Virus record (IMG/VR): IMGVR_UViG_2061766007_001954
Source of the DNA: an uncultured virus (IMG/VR IMGVR_UViG_2061766007_001954)
Lineage: Duplodnaviria; Heunggongvirae; Uroviricota; Caudoviricetes
Length of the DNA stretch: 47,181 nucleotides
Reading direction: 5' to 3' (one strand)
The notes under the pieces are model-generated. The model saw nothing but the letters and a program-made list of their open reading frames with translations, had not been told where the DNA came from and searched no databases. Below, piece by piece: positions 1 through 9,712 of this stretch; positions within the stretch are counted from its first letter, which is position 1; every line of letters starts with the position of its first letter. The position numbers and the translations under genes were made by a program.

Positions 1-100
1 GCAGTGTCAATTGGGAAGCTTTTGTATCTGAGTGTCATGTGTTGCGCTGGTGCTACTTCGATGATCTAATTAGTGAGCAGCCATTTATAAGGAGAAGAGC

Positions 101-655
101 ATGAACCTACCTAACCTGCTAGAAAAAGATTCAAGCCTGTATCTCTATCTGGAGGGTGACTGCATACGCATAGCCGATCGGAGTGATGAGGCAGAAGGCG
201 AGCGTCTGGCGTTGGAGCTTGATGCCAATGGCTGGGTTGTTTCTGTTCCACAAGGAGATGATCTTCCGCTATTCGGATACAATGATAGCCATAGGATCGA
301 GCTTGAGTTCTGGCGTAATAAAACTATGCCAAGTGATGATACTATCGTCAACTTCTTTTGGAATCTGATCCGACATTATGGCATCACCCGTTTTGCAGCA
401 GAATTGAAGATTATAGGTCCTATGGACAATTGGGAGCTCATACTCGCATGGTACAGGTACGATGCAAGATACCCGAAACATATTTCCAGAACATGGATGT
501 CGGACAGCGAAATTGACGTGTTCCGGGATACTTGTCCTAAAACGGCATGGGATATGATCTGCTATGGCATGCTGATGAGCCGCACACCAGGGAAGGCAGA
601 CCCCGGTGGTTATACATACATCAATAATAAAAACCAGGAGGTGGGGGAGGTGTGA
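101..655 (+). CDS. hypothetical phage protein
   Basis: 184-aa ORF with AGGAG RBS; stop overlaps the next start (GTGA). Confidence 0.7.
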   Translation: MNLPNLLEKDSSLYLYLEGDCIRIADRSDEAEGERLALELDANGWVVSVPQGDDLPLFGYNDSHRIELEFWRNKTMPSDDTIVNFFWNLIRHYGITRFAAELKIIGPMDNWELILAWYRYDARYPKHISRTWMSDSEIDVFRDTCPKTAWDMICYGMLMSRTPGKADPGGYTYINNKNQEVGEV

Positions 656-876
656 AGGAATTCAAAAACGATAGCGAGCGTCTTGAGTATGCTCTTACAG
701 TGCTGAATAACATCAGCGAGCTGGCAGATAATGCCAAGACACTTGATGACCCCGATGAGAGCTTGTCTAATATAGCCGAGCTCGCAACAGCTGCTCATAT
801 TCTCATCACGAGATCACAGCATGAGCCAGCTGTCGAGATGAACGATCTGCTTTTGGAGATCCACGAGCAGATGTAA
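652..876 (+). CDS. small acidic hypothetical protein
   Basis: 74-aa ORF, GTG start after GGAGG, coupled to the upstream gene. Confidence 0.65.
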   Translation: MKEFKNDSERLEYALTVLNNISELADNAKTLDDPDESLSNIAELATAAHILITRSQHEPAVEMNDLLLEIHEQM

Positions 877-887
877 GGAAGAAACAA

Positions 888-1313
888 ATGAAATTTTACT
901 GCGCTGACCCGGAACTCAAACAATTGTATCGAAAACATGCCGATGACGCCGGGTTTGATATTTGTGCAAGTGAAGAGCTGCTTATCGAAGATCATGATTG
1001 GCACGTCATTAAGACTGGTCTGCATGTCGCTATTCCAAAGCGGTATGTTGGTATCGTGAAGCCTCGCAGCGGTCTCTCTTTGCAGTTTAACACTGACATC
1101 CATGCAGGAGTCATTGATGCATCGTACAGGGGAGAAATCCGTGTACTCATCAGTGCCCGGCAGACACCATTCAAGATTGAGAAGGGCGACAGAATTGCAC
1201 AGCTATGCGTACTAAGGCTGTACCCTGGTCCTGCTCAACAGGTGAGTAGCCTTGATGAACTCGAAGAAACCGAACGGGGATCGGATGGATTTGGGTCGAC
1301 TGGAGGCTACTGA
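888..1313 (+). CDS. dut: trimeric dUTPase
   Basis: All five motifs present: AGFDI, PRSG, GVIDASYRGEI, GDRIAQL, RGSDGFGSTG. Confidence 0.97.
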   Translation: MKFYCADPELKQLYRKHADDAGFDICASEELLIEDHDWHVIKTGLHVAIPKRYVGIVKPRSGLSLQFNTDIHAGVIDASYRGEIRVLISARQTPFKIEKGDRIAQLCVLRLYPGPAQQVSSLDELEETERGSDGFGSTGGY

Positions 1314-1395
1314 TGGCAACTGGGTTTTGGTTCGCATTTCTGCTGATGGGCTTCTTGCTGTGCTATGGAGCAGTCGGCAGTAAAGGAAACAAGAA

Positions 1396-2340
1396 ATGAA
1401 CATCACAAAATTCGATCCGCATGATCGAGAAGCGCTTGTCAAGCTTGGCGCATATCCTGCCATTGTCGCGCTGCCTGCTACCTTTGTCCAGACATTTATG
1501 GCGGATGGTGGCAGACATCTTACGTCAATCGGCAGTGCTGCTGCCGGTAAGGACGCTCGGGTTATCTCTGATGTCTACACACCTGCATTGAACAGACTCA
1601 ATCTGACAGTGCAGTCTCAGGGTGGTTCTATCGAGCAGACTTTCCGTGCAAGGCTGAGTGTCGGTAGACGCGAAGCAAAGAATCATCGCACGCTGCGGGT
1701 AAAGCTTATTGAGGCTCCACATATGGAAGGCCGCAAAGAGCGTTCCGGTATCGTGCTCGATGCTTCAGGAGCAAGACATCGGCTGCGTATGCGTAAGTTC
1801 AATCGGAATCTGCAGGAACAGTTCCGACATCAGATCATCAAGATCTACGAGACCACAGGCATTCCGCAGAACGTCGATTGGAAGCTTGCAGGCGGTAAGC
1901 GCATCAAAGATGCTCTGGAATTCGACAAGATTGTAAAGTACACATGGTGTGACGGTGATTACCGAAATACTGTGGCAGCTACCAGGCTTGTCTTCCAGCT
2001 GTGCAATGATGCTCGGCATACGCTTACCCTCAAGCAGGCAGTAGACAGTCATCTGCTCCCCGATTATCCGGAGCTGGAAGTGCCGTACAATGTGTTCCAC
2101 AAGTTCGACACTTCCGTGAAGCTGACATTCGTCGGCATCATCCAGAAAGGTGGAGCATCCAACTACACCAAGAACATGCAGACAGCCAACAAACTTTCCA
2201 GGATCATAGGTGAGACTGTGAAGGCTGATGAGCTGCTTGCACGCTTGGCGGCAATGGATGCACCCTATCTAATCGTCCAGCCTGATATGGAGATTTTCTG
2301 TGTCGCCGTTGTCAACAAAGCGACAAGGGCAGCAGCATGA
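1396..2340 (+). CDS. hypothetical protein (basic)
   Basis: 314-aa ORF with AAGGA RBS; no motif recognised. Confidence 0.75.
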   Translation: MNITKFDPHDREALVKLGAYPAIVALPATFVQTFMADGGRHLTSIGSAAAGKDARVISDVYTPALNRLNLTVQSQGGSIEQTFRARLSVGRREAKNHRTLRVKLIEAPHMEGRKERSGIVLDASGARHRLRMRKFNRNLQEQFRHQIIKIYETTGIPQNVDWKLAGGKRIKDALEFDKIVKYTWCDGDYRNTVAATRLVFQLCNDARHTLTLKQAVDSHLLPDYPELEVPYNVFHKFDTSVKLTFVGIIQKGGASNYTKNMQTANKLSRIIGETVKADELLARLAAMDAPYLIVQPDMEIFCVAVVNKATRAAA

Positions 2341-2573
2341 ATGTCCTGAGATGGCTGGCAGCCTGCTTCACAGTGTACATGAAGCGGCTGGTCCACAGTG
2401 ATAATATGACGTTAATAAAAGCATCTGTTATCATTTTCTTCTTGATGCTTGCTGCAGCAATCGGGCAGCTGGCAACATTGTTTCTTATTGTTGTCGCGAT
2501 CATAGCATTACCTGCTTTGAATCCAGACATCAAGAAAGAAATAGATGAAGAGTACACCCGTCGCAAAAATTGA
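2337..2573 (+). CDS. small membrane protein
   Basis: ATGA overlap; long hydrophobic stretch and charged tail. Confidence 0.6.
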   Translation: MNVLRWLAACFTVYMKRLVHSDNMTLIKASVIIFFLMLAAAIGQLATLFLIVVAIIALPALNPDIKKEIDEEYTRRKN

Positions 2574-2606
2574 TCCAGAAAAATTCCTTAACAGGAGTAA
2601 CAACAA

Positions 2607-3353
2607 ATGACAACACTTAAATCGTGTGTGAAAAGGTTCTGCATTGCTTGGCACAACAGCGTTGAACTTCGCATCAAGGCCGCACAAATCTATGCGAAAG
2701 CCGTGAACGAGTGGTCGACTGTCGCCAAGGACGTTTTCCGTAACCTCGAAGAGTTCAAGAACTGGACTCCCATGCAGTGGCGCTTGCTGTACTACATCGG
2801 CAGCGAAGCCATTCCCAAGTGCTACCTCGACTTCAAGAACCCGACGATTCCGCTGGCAATGCGACGCCGTGGCGTGTCCATCACCGAGATGGAGCACGTC
2901 TTCGAAAAGGGTCTGTTCTGCGCTGACATTAACGGCAAGGTTCGCTGCCTCAAGCTTCGTTCCGTTCAGGAGAAGCATATCAGCCAGGTCTGGGATGAGA
3001 AGGGCCATAAGCGTACCATTCTNNNNNNNNNNAGACAGCGGAACAGCAGCCTGTGACAGAAGACCAGAAGCCTGAGATTACGCAATCCGTATGCAACAGT
3101 GCTTCACTCGAAGTATTGCTTCCTATGTTTGAGATGGCATGTCTCAAGGCTCGTGAGCTCGGTATGGAAGAAACCATAAAAATGTGGAGGACCGCAATTG
3201 GTCTGAAATANNNNNNNNNNTTTCGACGTTCTGCCCAATGGCGTGATTCTCGTGCATCACAAGTGCTATATCACGCCGGAACTTCTGGCGGGCCTCATTT
3301 CGGCGATGCCGCAGGAAGCCCGTGCCACTCTTGCGGAGAAGGCAGGCTTCTGA
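2607..3353 (+). CDS. hypothetical protein, interrupted by assembly gaps
   Basis: N-part 2607-3022; a frame from 3222 (FDVLPNG...AEKAGF) ends at TGA 3351-3353, overlapping the next ATG; 3033-3210 is a misplaced copy of about 4040-4219. Confidence 0.55.
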
Positions 3354-4219
3354 TGCCAGAAGAGATCGCTGATCTGCTGGGCGCTGAAGCTACTGAAGCC
3401 GTACAGGCAGATCCGTTCTCTGAATCCTCGATTATCGCGAGTCTCCCCCTGGAAGCCCAGGGGGAGTTTAAGCATTTCGGGGTGATGGAAGAGAAGAATA
3501 TTACAGAGCTGCATGACATCCTGCTTCTGATGCGGGAGACTTATGCGATACCTCCGCAGCATCCTTTTACTTATCTCATGAAGTGGTACGCCAATGGCGC
3601 AGCTTCAGGAAGGATCAATGTGGACAACGCCTGGGCGAATACGAAATATTTGCAGAAAGAGTATTTCGATCCTTCTGCTCAGTGCGGAATTCGTAATTGG
3701 TTTGATGCAACTATCCGTATGCAGCAAAGAAACGGTGAGATTGTGGAGATGTCCTGTCTCGTGCTGCCGGAGAGCAAGCTGGTTTGGTCCAAGACAGCGG
3801 AAAAGCCAATAATCGGGGATTCTGTTCCACTCTATGCGCCCGGTAACAGAACGAGCAAAACATGCGTTCGTAAAACCATCGTCTTCGACGAAGCAGTCAA
3901 GCAGCTCAGGGAAGGCAAGGTAAGCGGTGAGCTTGTCTGCAGGGCTATGACACCCACAGAGGCTGGTGAACGTGGCGGCATACTCCGTAATAAAAACGCT
4001 GTGGACCATCTGTCATCTCGCGTTATCAAACGCAAGCATAGGACAGCGGAACAGCAGCCTGTGACAGAAGACCAGAAGCCTGAGATTCAGCAACCCGTAT
4101 GCAACAGTGCTTCACTAGAAGTATTGCTTCCTATGTTCGAGATGGCATGTCTCAAGGCTCGTGAGCTTGGTATGGAAGAAACCATAAAAATGTGGAGGAC
4201 CGCAATTGGTCTGAAATAA
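3353..4219 (+). CDS. hypothetical protein
   Basis: TGATG coupling at 3351-3355 gives MPEEIADLL...; the track ORF 3053-4219 is chimeric across a gap. Confidence 0.65.
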   Translation: MPEEIADLLGAEATEAVQADPFSESSIIASLPLEAQGEFKHFGVMEEKNITELHDILLLMRETYAIPPQHPFTYLMKWYANGAASGRINVDNAWANTKYLQKEYFDPSAQCGIRNWFDATIRMQQRNGEIVEMSCLVLPESKLVWSKTAEKPIIGDSVPLYAPGNRTSKTCVRKTIVFDEAVKQLREGKVSGELVCRAMTPTEAGERGGILRNKNAVDHLSSRVIKRKHRTAEQQPVTEDQKPEIQQPVCNSASLEVLLPMFEMACLKARELGMEETIKMWRTAIGLK

Positions 4220-5190
4220 TGCAAAGAACATTCGTAACCTATGCTCCTTATTGGAGCCCGCCCAAAACAAGACGCCAGCTGCTGCAAAGCTATGAGACCA
4301 GGTTCTTCTGGGAGAAACTGATATCCGTGTTCCTCGGCATGCCGTCATCTGTCGTTAAAGAATATTATCCGGAGATCACGCAATTCCTGTTGGCGTATGT
4401 CCGTGATGGTGGTAAATTCAACTTCCAGACGGATGAATCCGAATGGAACTTCCGGCATGCAATCAGATATGTCGATACGCTGACTGCAGAATTCATCCGG
4501 TGCAGCTGGGGACCGCCCCATCAACAGTCGATGCCGCTCAGGGAATTCCTGAAGATGGATATTATCCCGATCGGTATTAAGCGTAAGACCAGGCTGTTCA
4601 AGCATACTTGGCTTGCTATGCAGATTAATCTGAGTATGGATTCTTTGCTGCAGATCATAAGCCAGTTCAGCAGCGATATGCATAAAAGACTCCAGTTCAG
4701 ACAGGAAGATCCGAAGTTCGGCTTCATCACGAAAGATACAAAGCTTCCGCACACGCCGCAGGAGTATGCAGACCTTCCGGACATGATGCTCGGTATTGTG
4801 TTTGAGTTGCTTGTAAAGCTGCTTGGTGACCGTACCAGATGGGCTCTCAAGACTTTGCGCAACATCCGTCTTGGAGAGCTGCTGTCGGCTGCCGGTAACC
4901 TTGCTTTCATGCAGCCGTTCATGCTGGCTGATCTCAGGATTCGTTATGTCGTATCCCATGAGAACAGCGCACAGTTCAAGCAGCTGCAGGAACTCGAGAA
5001 ACAAGCAGAGCTGATGCGTCCGCAAAGAGCACGTGGTCCCTGCATGTGGTTCACGAACAAATTGCCGGGTACTGTAATAGCACAGATTGATGCTATATTA
5101 CAGGAGGTACCAGATGAGGCACTGCATCAGAGACAGCAAAGGAAGGTTCGCGAAAGCGCAGCAAGCAATCCAGAAGCCCGAACAGTTTGA
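4219..5190 (+). CDS. hypothetical protein
   Basis: TAATG coupling at 4217-4221; about 323-aa ORF. Confidence 0.7.
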   Translation: MQRTFVTYAPYWSPPKTRRQLLQSYETRFFWEKLISVFLGMPSSVVKEYYPEITQFLLAYVRDGGKFNFQTDESEWNFRHAIRYVDTLTAEFIRCSWGPPHQQSMPLREFLKMDIIPIGIKRKTRLFKHTWLAMQINLSMDSLLQIISQFSSDMHKRLQFRQEDPKFGFITKDTKLPHTPQEYADLPDMMLGIVFELLVKLLGDRTRWALKTLRNIRLGELLSAAGNLAFMQPFMLADLRIRYVVSHENSAQFKQLQELEKQAELMRPQRARGPCMWFTNKLPGTVIAQIDAILQEVPDEALHQRQQRKVRESAASNPEARTV

Positions 5191-5299
5191 CAAACAACCG
5201 CTGCTTAAAACAAGCCTGCAGGCGGCAGCGGTTTTGTTGTTGACCTTAATAGGTGCTGGACTTGCGACGGCGCTGTTGGTAATCCTTTCACCAAAATGA
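5114..5299 (+). CDS. small membrane-anchored protein with RDSKGRF motif
   Basis: AGGAGG RBS before ATG 5114; C-terminal hydrophobic helix; overlaps the end of the upstream ORF. Confidence 0.5.
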   Translation: MRHCIRDSKGRFAKAQQAIQKPEQFDKQPLLKTSLQAAAVLLLTLIGAGLATALLVILSPK

Positions 5300-5302
5300 A
5301 TT

Positions 5303-5330
5303 AAGCCCCGGATTTCCGGGGCTTCTTTTT
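5303..5330 (+). terminator. intrinsic terminator between convergent genes
   Basis: AAGCCCCGG-ATTT-CCGGGGCTT hairpin followed by CTTTTT. Confidence 0.85.
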
Positions 5331-6162
5331 AGTCATCAAGTGCGTCTTTACCGACGTGTTCTCGCAGCTTCTGCAGTATCGTATTAATACGACCGCGAAT
5401 ACGTTGCTGACACCATCCGGTCTCAGTGCTAAGCACCTCCAGGTTCACAGCCTCACAACCAAGCCCATAAGTATACCGAAGTAGGAATTTGTCCATGTCC
5501 GTCAGTATGTCTATAGAATCCAGAAGTTGTTCTATAACCTGGTGTCTGGTATAAGTCTGGTGCTGGTCTGTATCATCTTCCTGTGACATCATCTCTTCAA
5601 AAGTAACATTGCTGTCGCTATCAAGTGTTTCATTGGTAGATACCATACTGATATCTGCAGTACGGGCACCATTTAATCGTGCAAGGCTGATCCCCGATAA
5701 TGTAGCAAGTTCTTCATCAGTAGGCATACGTCCATGTTCTGCTTCGAAGGCATTACGAGTTTTTGCTACTTTAGCTGCAAGTTGAGCCATTCCTCCAGGT
5801 ATACGGACAGTACGCTTACCGGATGTAAGATATCTGCGTAGGGACTGCTTAACCCATGACGCGGCTACAACGCTGAACTTAGGTGATCGTTCAGGATCAA
5901 ATTTATCGGCAGCTATGACCAGGCCCTTGTTGCCCTCTTGAATAAGATCAGCCAGTTCTGCATAGGCTTTATAGTCATGGGCAATTTTAACCACAAGGCG
6001 AAGATTACACACAATGAGTTTCTCACGTGCAGCATCTCTTGCAGATTGGTCAGGTCCGTGCATTAGATGGTATAACTCCAGTGTCTGTGCTTGTGTTAGC
6101 TTCGGATACTGCTCAATGTCTTGCATGTAAGCGTCGATGTTGGATACCTTGATGTGCTGCAT
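5329..6162 (-). CDS. sigma-70 family RNA polymerase sigma factor (divergent)
   Basis: Region 2 NLRLVVKIA..DLIQEGNKGL..AADKFDPER, RTVRIP, region 3 GRMPTDEELA, degenerate region 4; AAGGAGG RBS before ATG 6162. Confidence 0.93.
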   Translation of the reverse strand: MQHIKVSNIDAYMQDIEQYPKLTQAQTLELYHLMHGPDQSARDAAREKLIVCNLRLVVKIAHDYKAYAELADLIQEGNKGLVIAADKFDPERSPKFSVVAASWVKQSLRRYLTSGKRTVRIPGGMAQLAAKVAKTRNAFEAEHGRMPTDEELATLSGISLARLNGARTADISMVSTNETLDSDSNVTFEEMMSQEDDTDQHQTYTRHQVIEQLLDSIDILTDMDKFLLRYTYGLGCEAVNLEVLSTETGWCQQRIRGRINTILQKLREHVGKDALDD

Positions 6163-6293
6163 AACTGCCTCCTTGTTGTGAGTTATACAGGTAATATAGC
6201 ATGGAAAATACAAAATGCAAGCCAGAAATCAAAGAAAGTTTGAAAATTCTTATTTACGCTGTGTCTAGGTTATGAAAATAAGGATATAGAATT

Positions 6294-7610
6294 ATGGCTT
6301 CAGCACCAGGAATAAGAAACAGAAAAGACTTTGGCAATATGTCGACGCTTCCCACAGATGCTGTCCTCACACTTATAAGACAGAGACATGCAGCTAGAAA
6401 AGCAGGTCTTCATGAAGATACCAGATGGGGCGATTCGACCAAGGGATTATATTCTTTTGCAACACCAAAGTTTTTGCCAGAACAACCTGGTGATAAACGG
6501 CTTATGATAAGACAGCCTCTGCACCAATGGTCATGGGGAGATTTTGAGGGCGAGATTCCGGCTGGGGAATATGGCGCCGGTGGTGTTTCACTTATTGAGC
6601 GATCCCCGATGGTGCTTCTCAAGAATACACCAGATCATATAGTGTGGACTCGTGGTACATCGCAGGATAGTCCGGTGTACTCTATGCGCCGCACTAAAAA
6701 CGGTAACTATCTGTGCGTCATTCGCAGTAAAGATCAGCCTACCGTTGTTAAGACTTATAAGAAATCTCATTTTCCTTTGATACCTATAGAGGATGTTGCC
6801 AAACTCATAGATCAGGGTGCAAGAGTACGCGAAAAGATCGATGGCGCTTCAGTTTTAGCGTATCTGAGTAAGAATGGTATTAGAGCTTTTGGCACTCGTG
6901 TAGGCGCTAATGGTATGCGTCCAGAGTATACTAATTACCTTGGACCCGAGATCAGAAACGCACAAGTCCCAAAGGAGCTGCAGGATCGTCTTATAAGGGG
7001 AGAGCTTTATGGAGTTGATGCTCATGGTAAGCCTATTCATCCTAACGAGCTTTCTGGCTTACTGCATAGTAACCTTGTAAATGCTGTAGATATCAAGCAG
7101 AAGAAAGGTATCCGCCTTCTTATAGCCGCATTGGCAGAGAATAAGAACGGCACGGATGACTGGTATACAGGTGCAGACGATCTTGTAGCCAAGTTGAACA
7201 ATCCGTCTATTCATGGTATGCCTCCAGCTACAGGTGAAGCCGCCAAACGACTTGTTGCAAAGATCGTAGCAGGCAAGCATCCACTAACAAGGGAAGGTGC
7301 TGTGCTCAGCTTCCCGAACGGTAAGACCTATAAAGCCAAGAAACGTGATGACTATGATGCTGTTATCAGAGAGATCTTCCCAGCCGATACGAAAGGTACA
7401 CCAAGAGCAGGCGGCTTCTATTACAGTTATCCTGGAGAAGATCGTATAGCTGGTAAGGTCGGCACAGGGCTCGACTATAAGACATTGCAGGATATGCTGG
7501 CTAATCCGCAGAAGTACATTGGCAGGGAAGTGCGACTCTCCAGTCAGGAACAATATAAAGATACTGGTGCCTTAAGAGCACCCAGTTTCGTCGCATTCAG
7601 AGCCGATTGA
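6294..7610 (+). CDS. ATP-dependent DNA ligase with N-terminal LigD-type 3'-phosphoesterase domain
   Basis: N-term QRHAARKAGLHED..SFATPK..GDKRL..FEGEIPAGEYGAG (LigD PE); adenylation motif EKIDG; RGELY; EGAV; OB-fold GKVGTG..LRAPSF. Confidence 0.88.
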   Translation: MASAPGIRNRKDFGNMSTLPTDAVLTLIRQRHAARKAGLHEDTRWGDSTKGLYSFATPKFLPEQPGDKRLMIRQPLHQWSWGDFEGEIPAGEYGAGGVSLIERSPMVLLKNTPDHIVWTRGTSQDSPVYSMRRTKNGNYLCVIRSKDQPTVVKTYKKSHFPLIPIEDVAKLIDQGARVREKIDGASVLAYLSKNGIRAFGTRVGANGMRPEYTNYLGPEIRNAQVPKELQDRLIRGELYGVDAHGKPIHPNELSGLLHSNLVNAVDIKQKKGIRLLIAALAENKNGTDDWYTGADDLVAKLNNPSIHGMPPATGEAAKRLVAKIVAGKHPLTREGAVLSFPNGKTYKAKKRDDYDAVIREIFPADTKGTPRAGGFYYSYPGEDRIAGKVGTGLDYKTLQDMLANPQKYIGREVRLSSQEQYKDTGALRAPSFVAFRAD

Positions 7611-7714
7611 TTTGTTCTCAGAAGCTATTAAGCTTATATTCGTTTTGCTTGGAATGATGCTTTATATCTGGGTCTTCCATACGCTGACGCACCGTTAATA
7701 ACACCTATTCGTGA

Positions 7715-7729
7715 GGGCATAATATAATG
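7715..7729 (+). promoter_or_regulatory. recurring phage promoter-like element GGGCATAATATAATG
   Basis: Exact intergenic copies at 7715, 16714 and 18530, near-copy at 46657; contains TATAAT. Confidence 0.7.
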
Positions 7730-7803
7730 AGGAGCTTCCTCGCCTGTATTATGCTAGGGCAGCATTGTGCAGATAAATTCCATAACCGCCCAGGTGTTAA
7801 AGT

Positions 7804-8307
7804 ATGCATAAAAAGCCCCACGACGAATTCATCCCGAACCTCAGCAAGCGCATCCGCAACAAAGTCTGGGATGACATGACCCAGGATCAGAAGGTGGACT
7901 ACATCCGCATTCAGTTCATCCTTGCGATCCGCAAAATCAAAACGTTGCCCGAGCGGGCGGCCGCTACTGAGAACCTTGTCGCTATGGCAAAGTTCATAAG
8001 GAAGCCCATCTATAACAGCCGTGAGTTGACCTTCAACGAGAAGGGGCATCTCAACACCATTACGATCAAGTGGGCGACAGGCAAAATCCCACAGACCAAG
8101 TGGGGAGCGATTCGCGCACTCGAATCCAGAATACAGAAGTGCGACAGCATCTTGCGCAAGAGCTATCGCGATCAGAAGAACGAATTTCTCAGAACAATGG
8201 GGATTCGTCCTGTGGAGTTGGAGACTGGAGCAGAAGACCTCTTCAAGCAGCTTTTCGAAGAGGAGATAAACGAACAACAAAAATCAGATCAGTTCAAGCT
8301 GGTCTGA
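7804..8307 (+). CDS. hypothetical basic protein
   Basis: 167-aa ORF directly after the promoter motif. Confidence 0.7.
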   Translation: MHKKPHDEFIPNLSKRIRNKVWDDMTQDQKVDYIRIQFILAIRKIKTLPERAAATENLVAMAKFIRKPIYNSRELTFNEKGHLNTITIKWATGKIPQTKWGAIRALESRIQKCDSILRKSYRDQKNEFLRTMGIRPVELETGAEDLFKQLFEEEINEQQKSDQFKLV

Positions 8308-8365
8308 TATAACCAAGGGCGATATCTTAATCGAGTCGCCCTTAACTTTTACTGTGGAGGAAACC

Positions 8366-8566
8366 ATGGAACTGAAAGACATGCTCGGCGGAGATACTGT
8401 ACCTGGTAAGGATGTGGAGATCGAAGAACGTCCTGCTCTTGTACCGAGACAGCCCTATGAGCCGCCGAAGAAACAGTGGCCTGTCATGGAGATCATCATT
8501 CTGACAGTCTACATCTTGAACACTATGATCTTATTCGCAATTTACCAAATCATAAAAACACTATGA
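8366..8566 (+). CDS. small membrane protein
   Basis: GGAGG RBS; C-terminal hydrophobic helix. Confidence 0.6.
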   Translation: MELKDMLGGDTVPGKDVEIEERPALVPRQPYEPPKKQWPVMEIIILTVYILNTMILFAIYQIIKTL

Positions 8567-8577
8567 GAGGAGACACT

Positions 8578-9705
8578 ATGTCTGAAACAATGTACCACAA
8601 ATACACTGAAATAGAGAACATGACGCCCAAGTGGATCCAACAGGTCCGGGATCATGGCTTCGACAAGTCCTGTGCAGAGTGGTATGCTGCCGTAAAAATT
8701 GATGGCTGTAACTTGCAGCTCTATGTGGATGCTGAGGGCATTATGCACTATGGCTCACGAAACCAGGAGCTCGGTCGTTACGATACCTTCAACAATTATC
8801 GTTCGATGGTTGCCAGGCTGCAACTCGATGAGAAAGTTCAGCAGGCGAAAGTATACTGGTGCGAGGATATGAACAAAGGAATCAAAGATATGATTCTTGT
8901 TGGTACTCGCATGTATCCTGTGACCTTCTGTGTGTACGGCGAGTTGTGCGGCGGCGTGTATCGTCATCCTGATGTGGAGCCTGTTAAGGGTGAGTCTAAG
9001 ATCCAGGGGCGTGTCTGCTATGCACCGGATCACAGATGGGTTGTATTCGATATCTGGGTTTTGATCCACACTTTCCCTGAACCGACAGGTTTTTACCTCA
9101 CTCCATCTGAGGTTCATGAGATCTGTGCGCAGGTAGGACTTCCCAGTCAGCAGATTGTATGCTGTGGCACCTTTGATGAAGTCATTGCATATCCGAACGA
9201 CTTCGAGGACGAGACAGGGCATGTCCTGTTTGGCTTGCCTAAACTGGAAAAGAATATCGTCGAAGGCGTTGTCATCAAGCCTGGCAGAGAGCTGCGCTTC
9301 GGTAACGGAGACAGGGTCATCGCCAAGAACAAGAACCAGATCTTCCTGGAGCGCGGTGTCAAGACCAACAAGATCAAGAATCCGCCAGAGCCTATGACAG
9401 AGCTCGATGAGAAGTGGTTCAACACCTATATGGAATTCGTCACCGAGAGCCGCATGATGTCTGTGCTTTCCAAGATGGACACCAGCAACATCACACAGAG
9501 CGACTTCGGCAAGCTGTTGAATGCTTTCATTGATGATGCCGATAAGGACTTCAACAAGGAGTATGGCGGACAGATTAAAGTGCTGGAAGCCGAGAAGCCG
9601 GTCAGCGAGTTCAATTTCATGAAGGTTCTGAAGGCCGCCAAGGGCGAAGCAGCCAAGCTTATCAGACCTCACTTCCTCGAATATCTGCAAAACCAGAAAG
9701 GATGA
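8578..9705 (+). CDS. RNA ligase, Rnl2 family
   Basis: YHKYTEIEN, motif I KIDGCN, GSRN, VYGELCGG, FDI, EGVVIKP, KNKN, and Rnl2 C-domain VTESRMMSVLSK. Confidence 0.92.
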   Translation: MSETMYHKYTEIENMTPKWIQQVRDHGFDKSCAEWYAAVKIDGCNLQLYVDAEGIMHYGSRNQELGRYDTFNNYRSMVARLQLDEKVQQAKVYWCEDMNKGIKDMILVGTRMYPVTFCVYGELCGGVYRHPDVEPVKGESKIQGRVCYAPDHRWVVFDIWVLIHTFPEPTGFYLTPSEVHEICAQVGLPSQQIVCCGTFDEVIAYPNDFEDETGHVLFGLPKLEKNIVEGVVIKPGRELRFGNGDRVIAKNKNQIFLERGVKTNKIKNPPEPMTELDEKWFNTYMEFVTESRMMSVLSKMDTSNITQSDFGKLLNAFIDDADKDFNKEYGGQIKVLEAEKPVSEFNFMKVLKAAKGEAAKLIRPHFLEYLQNQKG

Positions 9706-9712
9706 TCTGCAG

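Noticed and set aside
3033..4219. Direct repeat of ~180 bp (3033-3210 vs about 4040-4219) and the 388-aa ORF with identical ends
   Set aside because: The first copy is bounded by N-gaps and differs by scattered SNPs, so it is a strain-variant bubble; the track ORF is chimeric.
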